Assembly: GCA_036339465.1 (NCBI GenBank)
Contig: JAYZAY010000019.1
Span: 1 to 16,537, forward strand
Direction: 5' to 3'
Source: Myxococcota bacterium
GTDB lineage: Bacteria; Myxococcota; XYA12-FULL-58-9; JABJBS01
Length of the DNA stretch: 16,537 nucleotides
The notes beneath the pieces were generated by a model that was given only the letters and a program-made list of their open reading frames with translations, made no database searches and was not told the origin of the DNA. A program made the translations under genes and the position numbers. Below are positions 8,885-16,537 of this stretch, piece by piece (position 1 is the first letter of the stretch; every line of letters begins with the position of its first letter).

Positions 8885-10144
8885 CTATTTTTGTTCTTGC
8901 AGGGTTGGGTTGTCGGCCAAAATCACCCCAATAAGATCTTCAAGCTTTTTTCTCTTGGCGGGCTCGTGGGCATAGGTCCCCCACATTGACTGGAGGCCAT
9001 TGAAAGCCTGTTGAAGTTCTGAATTATCGAAATAGGAAACCGATTGATTAAATAAATTAAACACGGGACGGAAGAAATTTTGACGACTTCTGACACTTTC
9101 ACTGGTGGCAAAGGTTCTCGGTATGGATTGAGAAAAGACCCCCTTCTTTTGTAATATAAAGCAACCATCGTTTTCAACCCGTAATTTTGCTCCCTTGTAT
9201 CTTGGAAGCATAGCCAGGGTTTTTAGTTGCTGAAAATAGAGGTCAGCTTCGGGTGGGAAGGCTCTATTGACGGCCTCTGATACGCTAGGGCTGACATGTT
9301 CAAGAGACTCAGGTCGAAAGCTAAAGCTTTCCGGATTTGCGACAGCAAAATCAAGGATCTTACTTTGCATCTCGCGAAGTTCGGTTTCTGCCGTTACGAG
9401 CGCCTTTCTACGGGCATCTAACTCTCTTGCAACGGTTTTTAGTTCGATACTCCGCGCTTCTAGGGTCTCCAGTCGCTCTTGCGCACGAATTTCGTGAGAG
9501 TCTGCTTCCGCGATTTCGTGATTGAGCTGAGCTAGTTTTGCTCTTTTTTCCCTTCCAAAGGCATCTCGGTCTTTACTGAGTTGCTCGAAGGCTTTCGCGA
9601 CTCTCCCTTCCAACTTCTGCGTTTGGAATCGAAGTTCGGCAGCTTGGACCTCCAAGGCTGATTTGGTGAGTTGGAGTTCTTGGTTGGTGTTTTCGAGACC
9701 TTTACCTGTGGCTTTGAGAATATTGATTTCCGTGTTCAAGCTATCGACTTCATTTCGAAGTTTTAGAAGCGCACCACTCAGCGCCTTATGGGCGTAGGAG
9801 TCTCGGTAGTTATTATGTTTCGCGAATGCTCCAGCGGCGATACAGGACAAAGCAATGCTGCCTCCGAGGATTTTAGTTGCGATGGGTTCAGGTGCAAAAA
9901 TGAGGACGCCTGCGGCAATGGCACCACCACTGATCAATGCATCGGTGCCATATTGTTTGGTGGCGTATTCCATATCGTCGATGGGTTGGGGAACTTCAAG
10001 ATTGCATTCACGGCCAGACACAAAGACGGCGGCATTGGATTCACAGGCGACAGGTGACGAATTAGAGCTTGGGGCGATAGAGTCTACGGGTGTCAACTCG
10101 GACGGGCTCGTGGTTAATGAAGGGATTGTATTTGTTAAGGGCAT
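8885..10144 (-). CDS. Hypothetical effector-like protein: S/T/P-rich N-terminus, hydrophobic hairpin, coiled coil, C-terminal helical domain
   Basis: Strong RBS AAGGAG precedes ATG 10144 (the ORF track's GTG at 10261 is less likely). Bilobed hydrophobic segment at 9821-9940 and a long heptad-rich region at about 9350-9790. Confidence 0.8.
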   Translation of the reverse strand: MPLTNTIPSLTTSPSELTPVDSIAPSSNSSPVACESNAAVFVSGRECNLEVPQPIDDMEYATKQYGTDALISGGAIAAGVLIFAPEPIATKILGGSIALSCIAAGAFAKHNNYRDSYAHKALSGALLKLRNEVDSLNTEINILKATGKGLENTNQELQLTKSALEVQAAELRFQTQKLEGRVAKAFEQLSKDRDAFGREKRAKLAQLNHEIAEADSHEIRAQERLETLEARSIELKTVARELDARRKALVTAETELREMQSKILDFAVANPESFSFRPESLEHVSPSVSEAVNRAFPPEADLYFQQLKTLAMLPRYKGAKLRVENDGCFILQKKGVFSQSIPRTFATSESVRSRQNFFRPVFNLFNQSVSYFDNSELQQAFNGLQSMWGTYAHEPAKRKKLEDLIGVILADNPTLQEQK

Positions 10145-10190
10145 TGTTTTCTCCTTAATTTGATTCGGTATTGATAAAGAATCTGTGGCC

Positions 10191-10418
10191 TCATGGGTGC
10201 CTGGTTTCTCGGATTGGGTTTCGAGGCTGTGTGCTGGTGACGGAGTGTAAAAATGCGCCACTCCCTAATTTAGCGACTGCCAGACCCACCTCAATCGCCA
10301 AATCGCGGGGGCAGAGGAGCTTAGACGCAATACATCCCAAAAGCCTACTGCCTGTGGGCGGCACTGAGGAGGAGCGCGTCGAGGCGATGGTGGGTTGAGT
10401 GTTACGGATAAGGGTCAC
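10191..10418 (-). CDS. Possible small protein (75 aa) upstream of the effector-like gene
   Basis: GTG start preceded by GGAG. It ends 46 bp before ATG 10144 on the same strand and has an S/T/P-rich N-terminus. No family recognised. Confidence 0.35.
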   Translation of the reverse strand: MTLIRNTQPTIASTRSSSVPPTGSRLLGCIASKLLCPRDLAIEVGLAVAKLGSGAFLHSVTSTQPRNPIRETRHP

Positions 10419-10549
10419 TGGGTGCTCCGAGAAGTGATCGTGGTGCCTTGGGGAAGGCTATGAAATCTTCGTCGGAAAGAAGCGGGAGTTGCTAATAGTT
10501 TTGGCCCACTTGCTTTGGATTCGGAAAAGCGATTATTAAACCAACACTT

Positions 10550-10574
10550 AGAAGGAGTTTTCGCTCCTTCTTTT
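10550..10574. terminator. Stem-loop, probable intrinsic terminator downstream of the 10610-11848 gene
   Basis: AGAAGGAG-ttttcg-CTCCTTCT is a perfect 8-bp stem about 40 bp after the stop at 10610. The T-run is on the + strand side and the U-tail on the minus strand is weak. Confidence 0.55.
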
Positions 10575-10609
10575 GCGGGTTTTTGGCGATGGTTCGCTGT
10601 TTATTCAGA

Positions 10610-11848
10610 CTATCTAAACAAGACCTCAAGCCCGCTCGGTTCCGTATAAACCCGGGTGCTGTGATTCACGCCGGGTACTTCCACCAAATCATGATTGTGG
10701 GGAGCGTAGAACCTATCTAGATAGGCTAGGTAGTTTGTGGCTCGCTCTAGACGTTGGCTGCCCTGCACGTTGGCCTCGCAATTGGTGGCCATGCTGCCAT
10801 GGTCGTAATTATCATCCTGTCCCATAAGATAGGTCACATCGCGGTTTCGATAACGGCTACGGATACTGTTGCGTGAGCTGGCGGCCATATAACTATTTCG
10901 GAACTCGAAGCCATATTTATACGCATTGAAAGCGAGGGGGCAAAATAAGTTATCATCATCGTCGGTCGCGGGTGGGAAATCGGGATGAGGAAAGAGAAAC
11001 GGGGGAATGGGGCCCCAGACCCAAGGGACGACAAAAGAACTTCCGTCACTGCCAGGAACGGGGCGCCGGTCGGACAAATACATATAACTCGATGGATTTG
11101 AAGGGACATATTTCACGGCGACATCAAGGTGGGATGCCGGCACCCAACGAGATCCGGCCGCGAACGGTTGGGTGAATTGTCCCCCGGCGGAGTGACCAGT
11201 GACGACGATCTCATCTAAATTTGGGAACTTATTCAGATCGGTTAAACGACTCAGGATTTGGTCAACGATGGCAAAAGAACTAAGGGTAGAACCACTGTTG
11301 ATGGAATTGTTGCCCTTTGACCAATCCGCGCCTCTCCAAAATAGTTCAAAGCTGTCTGGGTTATCGCTTTGATTTCGAAACCAGGGCACGATGACGATGG
11401 TATTGGTGCTGGCACAGGGGTCGTGTGCTTTCTCGGCGAGTTCTGTGGCGCGGCGTATTTGATTAAACATACTGGAGGCATTACGGCCCAAACCATGGAC
11501 GGCCACGATGGCTCTGCGAATTTTAGTGTTTCTGGTGCCAAGGGCATGGTTTCGGTAGTAGTGAAGTTTTTTAGCACCAAAGGAGAGTCGGCCGCGGCAA
11601 TTGCTTCCCTGGCAGGACCGTGGCGATTTTGGGCAAAGATGAGGGTGGAGTCTGGGGTGGGCATTGCTCAAACTTAATTCGTTTTCCTCTGTGGAAATCG
11701 CTAGGGCTTCCCCAATATCATCCGAGATATTTTCCAGGTCTAAGGGATATTCATCGCCGCATGCCGCGAAAAAAACGGAGACTAAAAGGGTAACCCCAAT
11801 CTTCCAAATGGATGGCTTCGCAATGAAACCCAAAGTACATAGACGCAT
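10610..11848 (-). CDS. Alpha/beta hydrolase fold lipoprotein
   Basis: RBS AGGAG and lipobox FAAC. Motifs AIVAVHGLGRNA, nucleophile GHSAGGQF, NPSSYMY, YLMGQDD (Asp), QGSQRLERA and VPGVNH (His). Confidence 0.85.
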   Translation of the reverse strand: MRLCTLGFIAKPSIWKIGVTLLVSVFFAACGDEYPLDLENISDDIGEALAISTEENELSLSNAHPRLHPHLCPKSPRSCQGSNCRGRLSFGAKKLHYYRNHALGTRNTKIRRAIVAVHGLGRNASSMFNQIRRATELAEKAHDPCASTNTIVIVPWFRNQSDNPDSFELFWRGADWSKGNNSINSGSTLSSFAIVDQILSRLTDLNKFPNLDEIVVTGHSAGGQFTQPFAAGSRWVPASHLDVAVKYVPSNPSSYMYLSDRRPVPGSDGSSFVVPWVWGPIPPFLFPHPDFPPATDDDDNLFCPLAFNAYKYGFEFRNSYMAASSRNSIRSRYRNRDVTYLMGQDDNYDHGSMATNCEANVQGSQRLERATNYLAYLDRFYAPHNHDLVEVPGVNHSTRVYTEPSGLEVLFR

Positions 11849-11880
11849 GAATGTTCTCCTGTGCGTTTGATTTTGTGATG

Positions 11881-11953
11881 GCTTAACGTTTTTGCTCCCT
11901 CAAAGATTGCTGATTTGTTGATAGGCTTTCTCAACCGTTGAACTTTTGTTCAT
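11881..11953 (-). promoter_or_regulatory. Putative activator-dependent promoter: two AACAAA-N4-CAA direct repeats plus TAAGC element
   Basis: On the + strand: GCTTA at 11881, ATTGctgaTTTGTT at 11906 and GTTGAACTTTTGTTCA at 11937. The same elements recur with the same spacing at 15832-15904. Confidence 0.6.
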
Positions 11954-11972
11954 ACGTTTCTATGACCGACCT

Positions 11973-14696
11973 ATGAATCTAAACAACGATGTTTTCGTAG
12001 GCAGGGCAGAGCTTCTAGACGACCTTCTGGAGGCATTTACCCATCAAGCAGTTCGTTGGCTGGTGGGGCCACCAGGCATCGGCAAAAGCAGGCTCATGGA
12101 AGAAGCGGTGCAAACCAGTCAGAAAAGGCGAGTCCTCATCCAGGGGTCGTGGCTCCAGACAAGGGAAGAAGCCATCGACGGTTTCACCCATTACCTCGGT
12201 GGTGCCCCCGAAGGGGACAGTCGTTTTGCTCTGAATCGATGGATCTATTCAAAATTGGGGCATCTACGGGATGGGCAGCATCCTCCTCAGGTGGTGGTGA
12301 TTAAAGACTTCCACCTAGTCGAAAGAGAATTTGCAGGCATTCTCGTACAGGCTGCGCGTAAATCAAGACTGCCCTTCGCCCTCTGCTTCTTAAGCCGTGA
12401 ATACTTCCATGAAGGCGACTTTCTAAGCTATGGATTCCAACGTTTGACCTTAGGTTCTCTTAAGGTGGATGAATCTCGTCTTTTGGCCAATTCTTTGGGA
12501 TTCCCACTGGAGAAAATCCCCGAGCATGTTCACGGCAATCCGGGCCTGATGATTCTTTATGCCCGGCACGGCCATGTAGACGTGGCATCGTGGATAGAGG
12601 ATGAATTACGAAAGGCACCCGAGGCGGTAAGAAAACTGCTTTGGCGCCTCTCTTTGGTGGATACCAAAGAGCAGCTTTGGTGGGCCTGTCACGGATCTGG
12701 AACGTGCTTGGAACTCGATTATATCCAGCAACGAAGTCTTCTTCAGGAGAATGGCCAAATTCTAAGAACCATTCGTCCTTATTTACGTCATGGATTGCGA
12801 GAGAGTGGTCACTTCGAAAGCACAGAGAGGCAACTTTTTGAATACCTGCTAAGCAAATCCGATCTCGAAATGCGAGATTTGCGTCGACTTACCTCGCTTT
12901 CTTCTAGATACGCCACCGGTGCACAACTAAGACTGTTTTTGAGCCTCTATGCGACCACTGAAGATGTTTCGAAATCCAATTTGGGACTCTTGCAGATTCA
13001 AATCAACGAACTCCTTTTGTCTGATGATCTGCCTCCCACTTCCAAGCTTCAGGGGTACCGGGCTCTTTATGAGAATGCGGATGTGCCACGCCTTATGGAG
13101 GCCCACGACCTTTTCGAAGGTTCAGAAATCGAGGATGAATCTCTTTTGGGGAGATTGTGTTTGCTGCGAGCTTGGGGGTTGACCCGGACGCGAAACCTAA
13201 ACGGCGCCGGAGCGGAATATTGGAAAGGATTTTTGGACAACCGTGCCGAGCATAGAGAAGGGTATGAAGTGGTTTTGGAGCAAGTGGCCCACATTTATAG
13301 CTACGTGGGATTTCATCTTTCCCCCGATAGCCAAGTGGCTGAAATAGCATCCCAACTTCGCGATGAAATTGTTCTTCCAACCAATGTTCAACACGCCTAC
13401 CAACGAATGCAGGATACCGCAAAAGCGGCGTGGAATTTGGATTTCACCAAGGCCACCGAGGTGTGTAGGGAGGCCATTGCGCTCTTTTCTGGAGCGAAGT
13501 TAGAACAATTTGCAGAATATTGCCGTTATACCTTGCTCATGCTCTATTTTGCCACCTGCGATGAGGATGGGATGGTGGGTCTTTTGGAAGACTTAACTAA
13601 ATCACCCGGAAACAACGATTATAAAGACGAGTATGTCACATTCATAGAAACCATTGTCCAATGGCAGAGAGGTGATATTTCCAAGTTGAATGCCTATGCC
13701 CAGCTGTCAACTTCGGCGACATCCCCCGCACACGATTTGCTTGGGGGCCCCTATTTTCAAGTTTCCTTCCCCCTATGTTTTGAAGTTATTGGTGACCGCC
13801 ATTTTGGTGTGAAGCCAAGGCTGTCTCAGATTGAGCTCATGGCTTCGGCTTTATCCAATCAAAGATTTAGTATCTCCCATCTTTTGGCAGCCATTGCTTT
13901 AGCTCAGAATTGTGTGTTGCATGGTCAATACAACGAAGTGAAGGGACTCTTGGCGTCGATGAGCGGTTATCATCCCATGGGTGGACTTCATGCCATGGCT
14001 CTACATCAATTGATGATGCCCCAAGATCCCATGATGGCCACTCAAATGTTGGGCGTGTTGATTGAGCAATTGGGGATTTATCCTGAACGCCTAACCACCC
14101 CCTATTATATCGTTTTATTAACCCAAGCTGTGCTTCGCGACGGGATTGCGCCGGAGATTTTGCTGACTGCCGTGGACTCGACTCCTGGTTTTAATAAGCT
14201 GCATGGGCAAAGTCGTTGGATTATCGATATTTGTCTCGATATTTTAAGGGGAACTGAGCCCGAGGTGGGGGGGGCTCAACTGATCCCCTTGGATTTAATC
14301 CAATTGATTCGGCGCCAAGTTATGTCTGCGGTGGTCCCCGTGATTGACAAGACCGTCAAAAATTCTCCTGAGGCAGAAAAGCTCCGTGGTTATATCGATG
14401 AGAATTGGTTTGAAAAGCTGGAGCTTGGAAAATACGCTGAAGATGAAGGTATATCTAGAACATCCATGTGGCAAGCTTTTCGGGGTGCCTATGGCCTTTC
14501 GCCAAAGCAATACCACAATAGGAAGAGGATCGAGGAGGCCAAGGTGATTTTAATGCAAACCAATTGGTCGGTGACAGATATTGCCTATGAATGTGGTTTC
14601 TCTGATACGGCACAATTTTGTCGGGTCTTCAAAATCACCACTGACCATACCCCATCCCAATTCCGAAGCCAGGCTTCTAGGGCAGTGGTGAATTGA
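11973..14696 (+). CDS. Large transcriptional regulator: N-terminal STAND/AAA-type ATPase, helical middle, C-terminal AraC-family HTH
   Basis: FVGR start motif, Walker A GPPGIGKS, Walker B-like VVVIKDFH and GNP motif. The C-terminus RIEEAKVILMQTNWSVTDIAYECGFSDTAQFCRVFK...TPSQFR is an AraC signature. Confidence 0.88.
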   Translation: MNLNNDVFVGRAELLDDLLEAFTHQAVRWLVGPPGIGKSRLMEEAVQTSQKRRVLIQGSWLQTREEAIDGFTHYLGGAPEGDSRFALNRWIYSKLGHLRDGQHPPQVVVIKDFHLVEREFAGILVQAARKSRLPFALCFLSREYFHEGDFLSYGFQRLTLGSLKVDESRLLANSLGFPLEKIPEHVHGNPGLMILYARHGHVDVASWIEDELRKAPEAVRKLLWRLSLVDTKEQLWWACHGSGTCLELDYIQQRSLLQENGQILRTIRPYLRHGLRESGHFESTERQLFEYLLSKSDLEMRDLRRLTSLSSRYATGAQLRLFLSLYATTEDVSKSNLGLLQIQINELLLSDDLPPTSKLQGYRALYENADVPRLMEAHDLFEGSEIEDESLLGRLCLLRAWGLTRTRNLNGAGAEYWKGFLDNRAEHREGYEVVLEQVAHIYSYVGFHLSPDSQVAEIASQLRDEIVLPTNVQHAYQRMQDTAKAAWNLDFTKATEVCREAIALFSGAKLEQFAEYCRYTLLMLYFATCDEDGMVGLLEDLTKSPGNNDYKDEYVTFIETIVQWQRGDISKLNAYAQLSTSATSPAHDLLGGPYFQVSFPLCFEVIGDRHFGVKPRLSQIELMASALSNQRFSISHLLAAIALAQNCVLHGQYNEVKGLLASMSGYHPMGGLHAMALHQLMMPQDPMMATQMLGVLIEQLGIYPERLTTPYYIVLLTQAVLRDGIAPEILLTAVDSTPGFNKLHGQSRWIIDICLDILRGTEPEVGGAQLIPLDLIQLIRRQVMSAVVPVIDKTVKNSPEAEKLRGYIDENWFEKLELGKYAEDEGISRTSMWQAFRGAYGLSPKQYHNRKRIEEAKVILMQTNWSVTDIAYECGFSDTAQFCRVFKITTDHTPSQFRSQASRAVVN

Positions 14697-14714
14697 TCTC
14701 TGCTTAACTCCCCT

Positions 14715-15767
14715 TTATCTGCGCTTTCTTCTAACTTTCTTTTTAAGTCTAGTAGAACGCTTGGTGAACGAAATTTCCCGGCATGGTAGTGGGGTTTTAG
14801 GATGATCCGTGATGATCACCAATTCACTATTCTGAACTTCTATATCACAGATGATATGTCCCAGAGGGATGTTACTTTCTAGCGCATCTTCTAGTTGGGT
14901 GAGTTCCAGGTCAGAGATATTTTCCGATAGCATATCGGTTATTGAATTTCCTATATTGGTGGTGTTGGCTTGCATGAAGTCTAAAATAGGGGCGGCATTG
15001 GTGATTGGAAGAGAGGTCGTAATCCCACTGGGAGTATCTATCACCACCTCTAGGCTCGCAATAATATCGGTTTGATTGTGGCTCAATTTAACAAAGAGAT
15101 CGATATCTAAATCGGCAACAAAAATTGAGTGGTTCCCATTGGGAAGGATACCTTGCAGGGCCAGGTTATACCATGGAAGTAGAGGAAATGCGGGTGAAAT
15201 CGGTGGACACATGACGCCTGTCTGGGTTTCAAACGAAATCAAAGCCGAGTCTTCGGAACCATCCAATTGGACCCGGAGGCTGGGAATGGAACCACGATTG
15301 TGCCAATCGGCGCGGAGATTTTCGAGGGAGAGTTCATTCAATGATGCGTCTGCTTGATAGGTGATAAAGCAATACGCCGGAAGTGGAGGAAGAGGACCTG
15401 GGATGGGCACTAAAGTAGGAAGAGTTCCATGCACCGAATAACCGGTTTCAAATGCCTCGACCGCTTCTTGGGGAAGGTTTAGGGGGCCAAGTATGTTCAG
15501 ACCGGCCATAATCACAGCAGGTCCCGCTCCGATGGGGCCGGGGGGGCAGTTAGCAAGCAGATCGACAGAAGTGGTGTTGCTATTAAAGACGAGGGGTTGC
15601 GTACATGCTTCAAAGACCTCTTCCAGAGCATTGGGAAGCCTTTGATCGTAGGTGGTGCGGGTGACCGAGCCGTATTGGGCGTCGCTGAAGACACCACAGC
15701 CACTCCATAGGGTCGTGAGCAGAAATAATGTGCCCTGAGAAAGTATTTTGTGGGTGAATAATTGCAT
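14715..15767 (-). CDS. Hypothetical lipoprotein with strongly basic C-terminal tail
   Basis: RBS AGGAG before ATG and a signal peptide with lipobox-like WSGC. It is a 350-aa open frame ending KRSTRLKKKVRRKRR. Confidence 0.8.
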   Translation of the reverse strand: MQLFTHKILSQGTLFLLTTLWSGCGVFSDAQYGSVTRTTYDQRLPNALEEVFEACTQPLVFNSNTTSVDLLANCPPGPIGAGPAVIMAGLNILGPLNLPQEAVEAFETGYSVHGTLPTLVPIPGPLPPLPAYCFITYQADASLNELSLENLRADWHNRGSIPSLRVQLDGSEDSALISFETQTGVMCPPISPAFPLLPWYNLALQGILPNGNHSIFVADLDIDLFVKLSHNQTDIIASLEVVIDTPSGITTSLPITNAAPILDFMQANTTNIGNSITDMLSENISDLELTQLEDALESNIPLGHIICDIEVQNSELVIITDHPKTPLPCREISFTKRSTRLKKKVRRKRR

Positions 15768-15831
15768 TTTATGGCTCCTATGAGAGCGATGTCTAAGTGG
15801 ACGTCGCTGCGGTGTTCTTCATTGTGGCTAC

Positions 15832-15904
15832 GCTTAGCAGGAGACTCAGAAAGAGAATTGAGCTTTTGTTTGCGGTGTGTTGGACCGAGTTGAATTTTTG
15901 TTCA
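15832..15904 (-). promoter_or_regulatory. Second copy of the direct-repeat promoter architecture
   Basis: On the + strand: GCTTA at 15832, ATTGagctTTTGTT at 15857 and GTTGAATTTTTGTTCA at 15889. Confidence 0.6.
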
Positions 15905-15947
15905 ATGAAGCAAACCCGGTGATTGTTTGCAGGGATCACTTTTTATT

Positions 15948-16537
15948 TTATGGCGCATTGACGTACGCTTCATCCAGAATGGAGAAGCCCTCAGGACTGG
16001 GGTTAGGCGATGGACTGCCTGATATATCTGGCACGGTACCCGTCCAGTTTTTATAGCCATAGCCTCGGTCGGAATCGAGGTTCCAATCTGCGAAGACAGC
16101 GTTGCGGTCATTGACATCGGCGGACGTGAGGGCTGTTTGAATCATCCAGGCCGTGTAGTCACGGGCGTTGCCGATGCTGTATCGCTTTAGATGGAGGGCT
16201 CTCGTTTGTTTTGGTGATGTGCAAGAGGCGTAGAGGCGAACCACCTGGGAACTGAAGGCTTCGTCGGTCATGAATTGAGCAGGAGGCGCGGAGCTTTCAT
16301 AAAATGAACCTACGGTGAGGGGATGCTCTACCAAGCTGGAGGGACACGTTAGATGGTCCACAATGGCGGGAGGTAAGCGAGGATAAAGTGCTTGCTCAAA
16401 GCCACAGGGGATACCACTGATAAACAGAGAGCCTAACGGAGAGCCCAAGTCTTCGGGCTCGGGGGCCACGAGACCATGAATCGATAAAAATTGCATGGCG
16501 TTCTTATAGACCTGAAACGCCAAGAGATGGATGCCAT
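15948..16537 (-). CDS. 3' part of a larger gene running in from beyond the window; possibly the C-terminus of a Zn-dependent phospholipase C-like protein
   Basis: The frame is open to the window edge. The terminal motif WNLDSDRGYGYKNW is recalled from long bacterial proteins annotated in this family. The catalytic region is not visible. Confidence 0.55.
   Translation of the reverse strand, partial: GIHLLAFQVYKNAMQFLSIHGLVAPEPEDLGSPLGSLFISGIPCGFEQALYPRLPPAIVDHLTCPSSLVEHPLTVGSFYESSAPPAQFMTDEAFSSQVVRLYASCTSPKQTRALHLKRYSIGNARDYTAWMIQTALTSADVNDRNAVFADWNLDSDRGYGYKNWTGTVPDISGSPSPNPSPEGFSILDEAYVNAP

Noticed and set aside
10145..10261. GTG start at 10261 for the effector-like gene
   Set aside because: A strong AAGGAG RBS precedes ATG 10144, and the extension overlaps the small upstream ORF.
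10490..10510. Sigma-54-like GG...GC element on the minus strand
   Set aside because: GG-GC spacing is 12 nt rather than the required 10.
15910..15930. GCAAAC-N9-GTTTGC hairpin after the partial gene
   Set aside because: Only a 6-bp stem with a weak U-tract, too weak to call a terminator.
463..16117. Numerous short ORFs nested in or antisense to the main genes
   Set aside because: They overlap well-supported CDSs and show no motifs or RBS.

Overview
Chromosomal segment of a bacterium, most likely a Myxococcota member (a DUF2330 protein carries a MYXO-CTERM-type sorting tail). On the + strand the left half has a pentaheme cytochrome c/TPR lipoprotein, a DUF2330 surface protein, a Coq4-motif protein, a DUF3817 membrane protein, a deleted DUF1295 remnant, an ABC-F ATPase with a degenerate second NBD, and an alpha/beta-hydrolase lipoprotein. 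The right half is accessory-like. It holds an effector-like protein (S/T/P-rich N-terminus, hydrophobic hairpin, coiled coil, and a C-terminal domain resembling a giant-virus protein family). It also holds a 907-aa STAND-type ATPase fused to an AraC HTH, flanked by two lipoprotein genes whose upstream regions share the same spaced direct-repeat architecture, which suggests a small self-contained regulon. No rRNA, tRNA, CRISPR array or mobile element was seen. All family assignments come from motif recognition by eye, with no database searches.
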